From: Spirochaetia bacterium
GTDB taxonomy: Bacteria > Spirochaetota > Spirochaetia > SZUA-6 > Bin103
Direction: 5' to 3'
DNA length: 64,000 nt
Assembly (NCBI GenBank): GCA_965203905.1
Contig: CBDBDQ010000005.1
Location: 4,896,001 to 4,960,000 of the forward strand
Part shown: piece after piece, positions 28,968 through 40,105 of the stretch
Position numbering within the stretch: position 1 is the stretch's first letter
Layout of the letters: each line of letters starts with the position of its first letter
Position numbers and translations under genes: made by a program
Notes under the pieces: generated by a model
What the model was told of the DNA's origin: nothing
Database searches by the model: none
Seen by the model: the letters and a program-made list of their open reading frames with translations, nothing else

Positions 28968-30414
28968 TCACTGGAGCGGCACTTCCACCAGCACTACGGT
29001 GGCCGGGGGCAACTCAATCGGTGACAGGGGTGACTCGGGCACTTCGGACCACACCGCGCGCACTCGATCCGGGGCCTCGAAGGTGTTGTGGTCGTGCGGG
29101 TCTGCAGCCTGCAACACCGCCATCTTCGCCGAGTCGCCGAACGCGGCCCCGCCGTGCAACCCAAGCCGGACCTGGGCCGATTCCCCGTACCTCAGGTTTG
29201 CAAACGTGATGGTCAGGGCGCGGCCCCGGAGCGACGCCGAGCAGGAAAGCGACGGGACCTCCGCCGAGTTTCCGTTCTCGTCCGTGTACTCGATCTCCTC
29301 GGCATCGCAGAGGGTCCTCACCGCGGCGGCGCCCTGGTGGCCCTTGAACATATGGTACACGTCATAGTTGGGCGTTCTCAGGCACCGATCGCCTGCGGCG
29401 AGGAAGAGCGAGTGGAGATTGTTCACGAGCTGGGCGATGTTGGTCATGACGACCTTGTCACAGTGATTGTTGAAGATGTTGAGAGTGAGCGCGGCCACGA
29501 TGGCGTCCCGCATCGTGCTTTGTTGCTCGAACAGGTTGCCTCCTCTTGACGGCCCTGATCCATCGGGATGCCAGCATCCCCATTCATCGATGATGAGCCC
29601 GATAGCCCGCTCGGGATCGTGGAGGTCCATCGCGGACCGTTGTTGTACCACCAGCCTCTCCATCAGCGCCGCCTTGGCGAGGAGCTGGTACCACTGGTCG
29701 GTATCGAACTGAAGGGCGCTACCGGCAGTGCCGCAGTAGTAGGGCGGCAAATCCCTGAAAAAACGCGGGAAGGTCCTCGATTCTGTCTCGCATCTTTTCG
29801 AAGAATCGAATCGTCCAGTCCAGGTCGTTGCCGCTCGGGCCGCAGGCGATGTACTGCCGGTCGCGACCGCCGGCGTTCGCGGCCACCGTCGTGGATCTTC
29901 TGAATATTCCCGCGTAATCCTCGGGTGTCATGTTCCCGCCGCCGCCCCAGTTCTCGTCGCCGATTCCCTAGTAGGTCACGTCGAACGGCTCGGTGTCTCC
30001 GTGCTGTGCTCGCAGGTCCGCGAGAGAGGTGGACTCGCTCGGGAATGTGCAGTACTCGATCCAGTTCCGAATCTCCAGGGGAGAGGTCGAGGTCGCGTTG
30101 GCGGCAAAGTAGGGCTCGGCGCCCACCATGCGGCAGAAGTCGGCGAACTCGTGCGTGCCGACGGCGTTGGATTCGAGGCGGCCGTCCGAGCCGTACCACC
30201 AGTTCACCGTCGTCGGCCGCCGGTCCACGGGACCAATCCCGTCGCGCCAGTCATACGTCTCCGCAAAGCAACCACCGGGCCAGCGGATCACAGGCGCACC
30301 AAGACGCCGAAGGTCGTCGACGATAGCTTTGCGAAAGCCACGGACGTTCTCTACCGGCGAGTCCTTTCCCACCCAGATTCCGTCGTAGATGACCCCGCCG
30401 ATGTGCTCGGCAAG
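28968..30414 (-). pseudogene. GH51 alpha-L-arabinofuranosidase, disrupted
   Basis: 'AEHIGGVIYDGIW', 'IRWPGGCFA', 'GDENWG', 'IDEWG', 'NIAQLVNNL'; in-frame TAG at 29968-29970, frameshift near 29755, 5' end missing. Confidence 0.85.
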
Positions 30415-30724
30415 ACCCGCACCTGATCCGCGGCTTCTCATGCCACGACCTACGTGAGCGTACGGTCAGCGAAGGGTTCGCGGTGGGCCAAGCGCCTGAA
30501 AAAAGTCGAGAAAATCGCTGGGTGCGGGCCTGAGGGGGTTGACATGGTTTTTTGGCGCGTGATCGGGCCACGTCCCCGACCCTGCCCATTCCGCTCGCGT
30601 TTCCGCCCTCAGCGCGCGCTCTCGGCCGGCCGCGTCCGGGTTTGGCCCGCAAAGCCCAAATCGGACGATCGGCTCGTCCACGGGCCGGCATGGGGGCACC
30701 GGATAACGGGTGTACCATGGCGGC

Positions 30725-32365
30725 ATGCCACCTGACACCAGTACGCTGCCGCCGACGCCGGCAGCGCGGCCTGAAGCGGCGACCACCGCGCCAGCCGCGA
30801 CCGCGGCCACCCCCGCTCTGATGGCGCCCGGCGCGAGCGAGACTGCGACGCTCGCCGTTGCCGACAGCGGAGCGCCGCCGGCCCCGGAGGCGCCGCCCGA
30901 CCTGGATCGGCTCGGTAACCGCATCGCCGAGCTGTCGGCACGCATCCAGGCTGCCACCTACGAGCTGCTCTGTTACCTGCGCGTGTTCGACCGCCACCAT
31001 GGCTGGGAGGGCTTTCGTTCCTGCGCCCACTGGCTCAACTGGCGCACCGGCCTCGATCTCGGCGCCGCCCGCGAGAAGCTGCGCGTCGCCGCCGCCTTGG
31101 CCGATCTCAACCACCTCTCCGCGGGCATGGCCTGCGGCCGGCTTTCCTACTCCGTCGTACGTGCCATCACGCGAGTGGCCACCCCCGACAACGAGGCGTG
31201 CCTGGTCGCCATTGCCTGCTGCGCCACCGGGGCACAGGTGGAACGGCTGGTGCGGGCGTGGCGGCAGGCGGATGAGGACGCGCAGCCGGACGCCGAGCAG
31301 GTGCGGCTGGCGCGGCGCACGCTGAGCACGCGGATGGACGAGGACGGCATGGTGGTGCTGCGGGCGCGGCTTACGCCTGAGGTAGGCGCGGTAGTGCTGC
31401 GTGCCCTGGAGGCGGCCCTGGAGCAGGTGCCGGCGGCGGCGCAAGACGCGGCGAGCATCGCGCAGCGGCGCGCAGATGCGCTGGGGCTGGTGGCCGAGAG
31501 CGCGCTGGCGGGCGGGCTCGACCCCGGCAGCACCGGCGACCGCTACCAGGTGACGGTCCACGTGGAGGCTGATGGGCTTTCCTGCCAAGAGGTCGCCGCG
31601 GTCCCGCGGCACGTTTCCGCGGAAATTGCGCCAGGCAACGAGCCGGCCTTGGAACCGGCGGCAGCGTCACTGGACGGCGTGGCGGACCAGGTGTCCATCG
31701 AGCACGCGGACGATCTATCGGTCACCGAGGCAACGCACGACCGCGACCGGGCGGTCCCGATGCCTGGCTCCGATGCTGGGCAGGCGGTGATCGAACAAGC
31801 AGGAGGCATCCACATCGGCAAGGAGGCAGCGCGCCGGGTCGCCTGCGATGCCGGCCTCGTGGAGCTGCGCCACGCCGGCGACGGCGAGGTGCTCGACGTC
31901 GGCCGCAGGACCCGCACCATCCCGACCGCGCTGCGCCGTGCCCTGCAGAGCAGAGATCGCAACCAGTGTCAGTTCCCCGGCTGCAGTTCGCGCCACTGCG
32001 ACGCCCATCACGTCGTGCATTGGGCCGACGGAGGGGAGACGCAGCTCACCAACCTGGTCAGCCTGTGTCGTTTTCACCACCGCGCGGTGCACGAGGAGGG
32101 CTTTCAGGTGGTCGCTGACAGCGCCGGGCAGTTCCAGTTCCTGCGCCCGAATGGCGAGCCGCTGCCGGCGGTGCCACCGGCGGCGCGCTGGGAGGGTGTC
32201 GGGCCGCCGCTGGCGCCGACCGTGGAGCGCCTGGCGGCGGCCGGCATCAGCATTGGTCCGCACACCGCTACTCCCGAGTGGTATGGCGAATCGCTGAACG
32301 TGGCGGCGGCGCTCGACGTGCTGTGGGAGCCGCCGGTGGCGGCGGCGCGTGGCGGCGCTCCCTGA
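30725..32365 (+). CDS. DUF222 (13E12-repeat) protein with C-terminal HNH endonuclease
   Basis: 'GFRSCAHWLNWRTG', 'QRRADAL', 'RRVACDA', 'RDRNQCQFPGC...DAHHVVHWADGGET..TNLVSLCRFHH'. Confidence 0.9.
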   Translation: MPPDTSTLPPTPAARPEAATTAPAATAATPALMAPGASETATLAVADSGAPPAPEAPPDLDRLGNRIAELSARIQAATYELLCYLRVFDRHHGWEGFRSCAHWLNWRTGLDLGAAREKLRVAAALADLNHLSAGMACGRLSYSVVRAITRVATPDNEACLVAIACCATGAQVERLVRAWRQADEDAQPDAEQVRLARRTLSTRMDEDGMVVLRARLTPEVGAVVLRALEAALEQVPAAAQDAASIAQRRADALGLVAESALAGGLDPGSTGDRYQVTVHVEADGLSCQEVAAVPRHVSAEIAPGNEPALEPAAASLDGVADQVSIEHADDLSVTEATHDRDRAVPMPGSDAGQAVIEQAGGIHIGKEAARRVACDAGLVELRHAGDGEVLDVGRRTRTIPTALRRALQSRDRNQCQFPGCSSRHCDAHHVVHWADGGETQLTNLVSLCRFHHRAVHEEGFQVVADSAGQFQFLRPNGEPLPAVPPAARWEGVGPPLAPTVERLAAAGISIGPHTATPEWYGESLNVAAALDVLWEPPVAAARGGAP

Positions 32366-32534
32366 GGCACCCGCAACCTGGTGGTGAGCGCAGCGAGGAT
32401 GAGTAGTGCACGCGCGATGGAGACTGCCTCCAGATCGCCCTGGCTGCTGCGGAGTCGTGCACACCCACTGCAGGGGAGTGCCACCGCTTCCGCGACTGGC
32501 CTGACCTGTTTGCGCCGGGTCGAGTTGGACTAAG

Positions 32535-33602
32535 ATGGTGGAGATGCAGCGACCGATTCGCCTGGGTCTGATCGGCTGCGGCGGGATCGTGCGGATCGCA
32601 CACGCGCCGGGGTATCAGTCGATCCCTGAGCTGGTGCAGGTCACCGCGCTGGCCGATCCGGTCGGTGACAACCTGCAGCAGATGGGTGAGATGCTGGCCG
32701 TGCCGCCGGAGCGGCGCTACGCCGACCACCACCAGATGCTGGAGCACGCCGGGCTGGACGCGGTCACCATTGCCACGCCGCACCACCTGCACGCCGGACA
32801 CGCAATGGACGCGGCGGCCGCGGGCGTGGCCGTGATCTCCGAGAAACCGATGGCCACCTCCGTGGAGGAGGCGCAGCAGGTGCTGGCGGCGGTGCGGCGC
32901 CACGGCGTGCCCTACGCGGTGGTGCACAACTTTTTGTTCACGCCCGGCATGGAACGGGCGCGGGCGCTGCTGGCCGAGGGCGCCGTGGGGACGCCGTTCT
33001 TCGGGCGCGCCAAGTCGCTGTTCAACAAGACCGACGACCGGGCCGATCCGCGCAACGAGTGGCGTGCCTCGCGTGCGGCCGGGGGCGGCGCCATCAACGA
33101 CACCGCCTACCACGAGATCTACCTGCTGGAGACGCTGGTCGGCTCGCCGGTGCGCTACGTGGAGGCGCGGGTGGCAACGCAGCACTTCGCCTTCGACGTG
33201 GACGACCTGGCGCTGCTGCTGCTGGAGCACGAGGGCGGTGCGCTGTCCACGGTGGCCACCGCCTGGTGTGTGCCCGGCGGCGACGCCGGCGAGAGCGCCA
33301 ACCTGGCCGAGGTGCAGGGCCCGACCGGCGGGGTGCGCGTCATGCGCCGCGGCCGCGGGTTGTGGCAGTATGCGCGCGGCACGCGGCAGTGGCGGGAGGT
33401 AGCGCTGCCGCCGCAGCCAGATTGGGCCGAGAGCGGCCACGGGCGTTACTTCGCCGCCACCTTCGAAGCCCTGGCGAAAGGGGCGCCGCCACCGGTCGGC
33501 GCCGAGCTGGCCCTGCACAACCTGCGCATCGTCGCCGCCGCCCGCCGTGCCAGCGCCGAACGGCGCGCCGTGGAGCTGCCGCCGCCGGACACCGCCGGCT
33601 GA
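32535..33602 (+). CDS. Gfo/Idh/MocA family oxidoreductase
   Basis: 'GLIGCGGI', 'IATPHHLH', 'SEKPMA', 'GGGAIND...H'. Confidence 0.9.
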   Translation: MVEMQRPIRLGLIGCGGIVRIAHAPGYQSIPELVQVTALADPVGDNLQQMGEMLAVPPERRYADHHQMLEHAGLDAVTIATPHHLHAGHAMDAAAAGVAVISEKPMATSVEEAQQVLAAVRRHGVPYAVVHNFLFTPGMERARALLAEGAVGTPFFGRAKSLFNKTDDRADPRNEWRASRAAGGGAINDTAYHEIYLLETLVGSPVRYVEARVATQHFAFDVDDLALLLLEHEGGALSTVATAWCVPGGDAGESANLAEVQGPTGGVRVMRRGRGLWQYARGTRQWREVALPPQPDWAESGHGRYFAATFEALAKGAPPPVGAELALHNLRIVAAARRASAERRAVELPPPDTAG

Positions 33603-33666
33603 CCGGCGAACATCCGGCACCGGACTCCCGAGCGACCGAGTAACCGAGCTTCAAGGAGGAGCAACC

Positions 33667-34507
33667 ATGAGACCCTATATTGACTGTCACAACCACATCG
33701 GGCGCACCCTGAACCGGCTGCCGCCCACGGGCCAGAGCACCGCCATGGCGCTGGCCCGCTTCGCCGAGACCAGCGTCTACGCCAGCCTGTCGATGCCGAC
33801 CGCCACCGGCGGCCTGGTGCTGCGCGGGCTGGAGGACATCCGCGACCAGAACCGGGTGATCGCCCGCGCGCGCCGCGACTTCCCCGCGCACGTGCCGCTG
33901 GGGCTGGCCCTGGTCGAGCCGTGCCTGGGGCCGATCGCCGTCGACGAGGCGGAATGGGCGCTGAGCGAACTGGGCCTGCACGGCATCGTGTCCCATCCGC
34001 CGGTGCGCGAGGCCTGCATCCCGTTCGTCGAGATGGCCGCGGCACGCGGCGGCCTGTGCAACGTGCACATGCACGACGCGCTGTTCGGCGAGATTGCGCG
34101 CATGTTCCCGGCCGCCACCTTCATCACCCATGCCAGCAGCCACGCCGCCGAGCACTTCGGCGGGCTGGACAACGTCTGGTTCGAGGTGGTGCAGTATCCC
34201 GACGGGCGCGGCAGCCGCTGGGACTTCGCCCGGCTGGCCGACCGGGTGGGACGCGAGCGCATCATCTTCGGTGCCGATCTTCCCTACTACGACTACCGCC
34301 TGCTGCAGCAGATCATCGAGCAGGCGCCGGTCGACGACGACCTCAAGGACCGCATCGCCTACCGCAACATGCTGGGAGCTGATCCGCCGGTACAACCCGG
34401 AGTGGCAGCTCCCCGACGCCCCACCCGCGGCGCCGCGCGTGTATCGGGCCGAGGAGCTGTGGGCCGTGGACCCGGAGAAACCCGATCGCCTGACCGTCTA
34501 CGGCTGA
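33667..34507 (+). CDS. Amidohydrolase family protein with a frameshift near 34375
   Basis: 'IDCHNHIG', 'IIFGADLPY'; C-terminus continues in another frame to TGA 34507; GGAGGA RBS. Confidence 0.75.
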
Positions 34508-34515
34508 GCCCGGTC

Positions 34516-35916
34516 TCAGTAGATCGAGTTGAGTTCGAAGGCCTCCATGGACACAACCCGTGCCTTCCGGCCTCGCGGCCACGGCATTCCGTAGGTGGCC
34601 AGACGATACCGGGCACCTTCCTGCGGCAGGAAGCAGGAGCTCATCGAGACCGCGCCATCGTCGGCGAAGACCTCGATCGAGGTTCTGTCGACGAGCAGGT
34701 GCAGCCGGACGGTATCCTTCGCCGGCGGCACGCGCGCACTGCTCCCCCCGCACGAGAGGCGGCGGCTCCTTTGTTCATAGCGGACCGCTTCACCCTTGAT
34801 CGTGAATATCACCTCGCGTGCGTCGCCGGGGTCTATCTCGGCGCGGATCTCGAGCAGGTCAGTTTGGATGCCCTGGAGCAGGTTCTCGGTATGGGTAATC
34901 TCCTCATCCTGCCAATGGTGGCGCTTTCCGCGTAGCGTTTCCAATTCCTCGACCGGACGACGGTCCATTCGCAAACCGGATGGCGTGCGCCGGAGCACAA
35001 GCTCACAGGGGAAGCTCATCTGCTGGTCGAAGGGCATCTGCGGATACTCGCCGCCGCCCATCCATGCAATCTGCACGCATCGACGTTGCGACTCCGGCAG
35101 CCCGAACCAGGTCTGCGCCGCGTAGAAGTTCTTGCCGTGATCGGCGCGCAGAACCCCGGTTTGCGGATGAAACTCCGTGCCGTCGAATGTGCCCACGAGG
35201 TAGTTGCCGTTGGCTGCCCAGAACACCCACTTGAGGTCGGCCACGTCGCCGTCGACGGGTAGGGCAAACAGGTCTGGACATTCCCTGCCTCCGGGCACAT
35301 GCACCGTCGAAAGACCCTGCCAGGTCTTGAGATCGGGCGAGGAGAACAGGGCGTACTCGTTCCCGCTCAGGAACAGCGCCATGATCCACTTGGACTCAGG
35401 CTCATACCAGATGACCTTCGGATCGCGGTTCTCGGCCACGATGTGGGAAATGACCGGATTCCCCTCGAAGTGCTTCCAGGTCCGGCCGCGGTCGTTGCTG
35501 TAGCTGATGTTCTGGGTACACGGCCTGTTGGTCTCCACGGTGGTGTCGCCGGCAGTGTAGACAGCCACGATCACTTCCTCGGCGCCGGTCTTGAAGCCCG
35601 CGGTGTTCGGATAGTCCACCACCGAGGATCCCGACCAGATCCAGCCCTGCTCATGCGGCTCTATGGCGTGGTCCCGCTGTTTCCAGTGGACCAGGTCGGA
35701 GCTTATGGCATGGCCCCAACGACTCGGTCCCCAATCCGCTCCCGTCTGATGCTGAAAGAAGAGATGATACTCGCCGTCGTGGTAGACCAGCCCGTTGGGG
35801 TCGTTGAGCCATTTCTCTCGTGCCGTGAAATGAAACTGTGGCCGGTACCTCTCGTGGTACGTGTTCTCGTGTTGCACATGGATCTCCTGTTCGACCGATT
35901 CCCCCGGTGCTGTCAA
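34516..35916 (-). CDS. GH32 beta-fructofuranosidase/levanase
   Basis: 'WLNDPNG', 'WSGS', 'RDPKV', 'ECPDL' catalytic motifs. Confidence 0.92.
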   Translation of the reverse strand: MTAPGESVEQEIHVQHENTYHERYRPQFHFTAREKWLNDPNGLVYHDGEYHLFFQHQTGADWGPSRWGHAISSDLVHWKQRDHAIEPHEQGWIWSGSSVVDYPNTAGFKTGAEEVIVAVYTAGDTTVETNRPCTQNISYSNDRGRTWKHFEGNPVISHIVAENRDPKVIWYEPESKWIMALFLSGNEYALFSSPDLKTWQGLSTVHVPGGRECPDLFALPVDGDVADLKWVFWAANGNYLVGTFDGTEFHPQTGVLRADHGKNFYAAQTWFGLPESQRRCVQIAWMGGGEYPQMPFDQQMSFPCELVLRRTPSGLRMDRRPVEELETLRGKRHHWQDEEITHTENLLQGIQTDLLEIRAEIDPGDAREVIFTIKGEAVRYEQRSRRLSCGGSSARVPPAKDTVRLHLLVDRTSIEVFADDGAVSMSSCFLPQEGARYRLATYGMPWPRGRKARVVSMEAFELNSIY

Positions 35917-36351
35917 CCGACGGCGCCGACTCGCCCGGACAGCTCCAGCAGCAGGGTGCCGCGGCGGACGGCTCGATCCGCCACCGGCCAGGGCACCGCT
36001 GCAGCGCTGGGCGGCTTCCGCGCTCGACCGCTACGGTTGCTGCCGGCCCCGCACCGTACTCAACCGCCGTCGCTGGCGCTCGTAGCATGACACCGTGCCG
36101 CGGCCACGATCAAGGTTGAGCCGAGCAGCCGCCGTCGTGTTGCGCGGGAGACACCCGCGCGCCCTGTGGAACATCGACGGCGCACCGCGTGGTCGCAGCC
36201 GATCCGAGCCTCCCATCGTCGCTCACCTCTTCCGCCGACAACGGCCGCGGCCTCCACCTGGCAGACGTCCGGACGGCGCTTGCACTACCGCCGGTGGCTC
36301 GCCATCATGGGGTCCGTCGCGAACCAGCCTTGATACTGCCCGCGTCTGACG

Positions 36352-37317
36352 ATGACTTCTGAACCAACCACCATGGTCGCACGTTCACAGAAAAAGACCG
36401 GCGGTCTGCTCAAAGACATAAGCAACAATAAAGCCAGCTATCTGCTGGCGCTGCCGGCGCTCGTGTACGTATTCATATTCCAGTACCTGACCTATCCCTA
36501 CATCGCCATTGCATTTCAGAAGTTCAGCTACAGAACCGGGATGTCGTTCTGGAACAACCAGTGGATCGGCCTCAAGAATTTCGAATTCTTCTTCAAGTCC
36601 ATCTATTTCTCGCGGGTAACCTGGAATACCGTCAAGTTCAGCTTCCTGTTTATCATCTTCGGAACCTTCGTGGCACTGATTTGCTCATTGCTGCTCAACG
36701 AAGTGCGCCAAAGATGGTTTGCCAAGAGCGCTCAATCCATCTACCTGTTTCCTCACTTCCTGTCTTGGGTGGTAGTGAGCTACATCGTGTTCAGCCTGTT
36801 TGGCACCGAATTCGGGTTGGTGAATACGACCCTGCAAGCGCTGGGCATGGAGCCAGTCTCCTGGTATTCCATGCCGGCTGCCTGGACCTGGATAATCGTC
36901 GCGATGCGAGTCTGGAAGAGCACCGGAATAATCACCATCATCTTTCTGGCTGCGATCACGGGCATAGACGAGCAGCTCTACGAAGCCGCGACAGTCGATG
37001 GCGCTACCCGCTGGCAGAAGATCAAGTCGATCACGATCCCGCTGTTGATGCCCACTGTTGCTATCCTGACTCTCCTTGAGATAGGGAAGATGATGTACGG
37101 TGACTTCGCCATGATGTACGCCATCATAGGCGATAACGGACTTCTCTATCCGACCGCGGACATCATAGATACCTATGTCTTTCGCGCCCTCAGAAAGATA
37201 GGTGACCCTTCGCACGCCATGGCCGTGGGCCTGTATCAGTCACTGGTAGGATTCGTGCTCGTGCTCATTACCAATCTGGCGGTAAGAAAGTACTTCAGGG
37301 AAGGAGCGCTGTTCTAG
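36352..37317 (+). CDS. Carbohydrate ABC permease (LplB/YteP-like)
   Basis: 'PHFLSWVVV', EAA loop 'IDEQLYEAATVDGATRWQ'. Confidence 0.92.
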   Translation: MTSEPTTMVARSQKKTGGLLKDISNNKASYLLALPALVYVFIFQYLTYPYIAIAFQKFSYRTGMSFWNNQWIGLKNFEFFFKSIYFSRVTWNTVKFSFLFIIFGTFVALICSLLLNEVRQRWFAKSAQSIYLFPHFLSWVVVSYIVFSLFGTEFGLVNTTLQALGMEPVSWYSMPAAWTWIIVAMRVWKSTGIITIIFLAAITGIDEQLYEAATVDGATRWQKIKSITIPLLMPTVAILTLLEIGKMMYGDFAMMYAIIGDNGLLYPTADIIDTYVFRALRKIGDPSHAMAVGLYQSLVGFVLVLITNLAVRKYFREGALF

Positions 37318-37350
37318 ACACCCCATGAGATCCACAGCTTCCCTTGGGAT

Positions 37351-38196
37351 GTGCCGATATACCTGTTTCTCCTGGTGTTCTCCGTGTTCTGCGCGGTGCC
37401 GATGCTGCTCATCGTAATGGTGTCGGTGACCGACGAGGCGTCTATCATCAAATTTGGGTATTCGCTGATCCCCGCTGAATTCTCTGTCGAAGCATACAAG
37501 ATTGTCTTTCGTCGCGGCTCGAGCGTTCTCAGGAGCTACACGGTTACCGTGTTCGTTACTTTCGTGGGGACGTTGCTGGCAGTTGCGATCACCGCGATGG
37601 CTGCATACACGTTGGCCAACAAACACGTGAAGTATCGCAATGGCATGGCCATGTTCGTCTTTTTTACGATGCTCTTTCATTCCGGGCTGGTCCCATGGTA
37701 CGTCATGTGCCGGAATCTAGGACTCACCGACAATGTGCTTGCTCTCATTATTCCGTCGTTGCTGTTCAATCCTTTCAACCTGTTCCTCGTAAGGAACTTC
37801 ATGAAGGGTATCCCGGATTCCTTGATGGACTCGGCGAAGATCGATGGAGCCTCCGACTTCAGGATCGCTTTCGCAATCTTTTTTCCGCTTTCGACACCGG
37901 TGCTGGCGGCGGTGTCGCTGTTCTATGCGCTGGGCTACTGGAACGACTGGTTCAACGCTATCATGCTGGTGGATGACAAGCGCCTGTATCCGCTTCAGTA
38001 CCTGTTGTTGAAGTTGCGTGAATTGCAGACGCTGGCAGAGCTGCAGATGGCAGGTATGGGGTCTGATTTTACTGTTCCCGGAGAGTCGTTGAAGATGGCG
38101 ACCGCGATTGTAACGATTGGACCGATTGTCTTCTTCTATCCTTTTCTGCAGCGCTACTTCGTGAAGGGATTGATAATCGGATCCATCAAGGGGTAG
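37351..38196 (+). CDS. Carbohydrate ABC permease (LplC-like), 5' end possibly clipped
   Basis: 'IPDSLMDSAKIDGA', 'YPFLQRYFVKG'. Confidence 0.88.
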   Translation: MPIYLFLLVFSVFCAVPMLLIVMVSVTDEASIIKFGYSLIPAEFSVEAYKIVFRRGSSVLRSYTVTVFVTFVGTLLAVAITAMAAYTLANKHVKYRNGMAMFVFFTMLFHSGLVPWYVMCRNLGLTDNVLALIIPSLLFNPFNLFLVRNFMKGIPDSLMDSAKIDGASDFRIAFAIFFPLSTPVLAAVSLFYALGYWNDWFNAIMLVDDKRLYPLQYLLLKLRELQTLAELQMAGMGSDFTVPGESLKMATAIVTIGPIVFFYPFLQRYFVKGLIIGSIKG

Positions 38197-38484
38197 GGGA
38201 TCGGGGTCCGGAGGATCGGTAGTACGACGTTCGCGGACGAGGGCGCGTGGCACGTCGCTGTGGCGCGTCGCTCAGGCGGGCGGCAGCATCCTCTGGGAGT
38301 CGTGCGGGCGGGGAGCGGCCGGTGTGGGTGTGGCGGTGGGGTGTGGCGGTAGCGGCAGTAGCGCTGGGCCCACGGCCGCTGCCCATCGCTGTCATCGCTG
38401 TCGCTGTGACATCGCCTGGACGGGCGTACCGGTCATCGGGTAGCCTGCTTGGCGTGCTATTCCTACCTATCAGGAGGTGTTCTC

Positions 38485-40059
38485 ATGAGTAAGGGAGCGC
38501 AGTCACGGAGCCGGCGGCTCTATCTGCTGCTGGCGCTGATTCTGATCGTACCGTTTGCCGTCCATGGCGCAGGCGAGGAGGAGTCTGCAGGGGCGGCAGC
38601 AGCCGAACCGAAAATGGTGAGGTTGGTCGCCACCTTGTGGGGCGACGTGCCGGTAGATGAGAAACGAGTTCAGGACGCAATCAATGAGCGACTGCAGGCG
38701 GATGGGCTCAACCTCTACTATGAGAGGACCTGGATCCCCTTTGGCGGCGGTACTACTTGGGAACAGAAGACGAATCTCATGTTGTCTACCGGCGAGGAGT
38801 TCGAGCTTCTCAGCGTGCTGCAGGACCGGTGGCCGGTCAGTCAGTACGTCGGACAAGGCGCAGCGCACGCCATTGACGAGTATCTGGATGAATACGGACC
38901 TGCGATCATGGAGGGTATACCGGACAACCTCTGGAAAGATGTCACCATAAACGGCAAGATATATGCGTTGCCCGCGTATTTTGCCCCTATGACGAGCAAC
39001 ATCGAGAGGATCAGCATTCGCAAAGACCTTTACGACAAGCATGGCCTGGATATTCCTCAGACCAGAGAAGAGCTGATACGCGCTTCGGAGATCATCCATG
39101 CCAACGAGCCAGACCTCAAGCCGCGAGCATGGACAAAGCTCGGTCACGACCCCTCCGTCTTTCTGCATCGAGGTTATGAAACCTACCCATTTACCGTACA
39201 AGACGAGATGATCTACATCGATCAGAAAGGAAACGTAAAAGCGTGGATAGAGACGGAGGAGTTCAAGCAGGACAGCGCTTTCTGGAGGGAACTCTACGTC
39301 AAGGGCCTGGTACATCCCGATCTGCTCCCCGGTGGTTCCGATCTTCGCCACAGGGAATTGAACAAGGAAGCCATCACGTTCGAGCACTCCATCTGGCATC
39401 CCACGTCAATTCAAGGGAACGAGCCGGAAGGCGAGTACATGACGATCCTCTTGTACCCGGACGAAGTGAAGTTCAACAGTTTCGGCATGAGGAACGGAAC
39501 GCTCGTTCCCATTACCGCAAAGCATCCTGAAGCCGCGATACAGTTTGTCAACTGGGCTTATTCGAGCCAGGAAAATCACGACCTGTTGGCTTTGGGAATT
39601 GAAGGCGTGCATTGGCGAGAATCGGACACCGTGCTGACCTGGAACAATCCCCATGCGGCAGGCTCCAAGACATCCTGGGAGTCGCCTGCGGTAGAAAAAA
39701 TTGTGGATCCGGAAACCAACCAGGCTCTGTACAACCACTGGGTATTCCTGATCGGTCAATTGCGCTGGATGCGGATCAGTCCGCTGTCCCATCCATCCCA
39801 ATTGGAAGAGCGCGACCCAGCCTATACCAACGTCGAGGACAGCATTACCATCGGATTTGCGTTCGATTCGTCACCGGTAGCGACTGAGTACGCAAACCTG
39901 AAGGCGATGATTGCGGAGAACGTGTGGCCCATGAGGTTCGGTATCGTGGATTACGACGAGGCTTACGACAAGGCTCTGAAAAACATGAAAGCCGCAGGCC
40001 TCGATCGAGTGATCGAAGAATATCAGAAACAGTTCAGCGCTTATATGGCATCGAACTAG
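38485..40059 (+). CDS. Carbohydrate ABC substrate-binding protein (LplA/DUF3502-like)
   Basis: AGGAGG RBS, signal peptide, 'GKIYALP', C-terminal 'KAAGLDRVIEEYQKQ'. Confidence 0.88.
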   Translation: MSKGAQSRSRRLYLLLALILIVPFAVHGAGEEESAGAAAAEPKMVRLVATLWGDVPVDEKRVQDAINERLQADGLNLYYERTWIPFGGGTTWEQKTNLMLSTGEEFELLSVLQDRWPVSQYVGQGAAHAIDEYLDEYGPAIMEGIPDNLWKDVTINGKIYALPAYFAPMTSNIERISIRKDLYDKHGLDIPQTREELIRASEIIHANEPDLKPRAWTKLGHDPSVFLHRGYETYPFTVQDEMIYIDQKGNVKAWIETEEFKQDSAFWRELYVKGLVHPDLLPGGSDLRHRELNKEAITFEHSIWHPTSIQGNEPEGEYMTILLYPDEVKFNSFGMRNGTLVPITAKHPEAAIQFVNWAYSSQENHDLLALGIEGVHWRESDTVLTWNNPHAAGSKTSWESPAVEKIVDPETNQALYNHWVFLIGQLRWMRISPLSHPSQLEERDPAYTNVEDSITIGFAFDSSPVATEYANLKAMIAENVWPMRFGIVDYDEAYDKALKNMKAAGLDRVIEEYQKQFSAYMASN

Positions 40060-40072
40060 GACGGAGATTCCA

Positions 40073-40105
40073 GCATGAAGCCGGCTACCGTGGCGGGCTT
40101 CATGC
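40073..40105. terminator. Hairpin between convergent genes
   Basis: GCATGAAGCC...GGCTTCATGC inverted repeat. Confidence 0.55.

Noticed and set aside
33547-34935. 462-aa ORF as one protein
   Set aside because: The real start is 33667, and the extension past ~34375 is frameshift read-through that overlaps the GH32 gene on the other strand.
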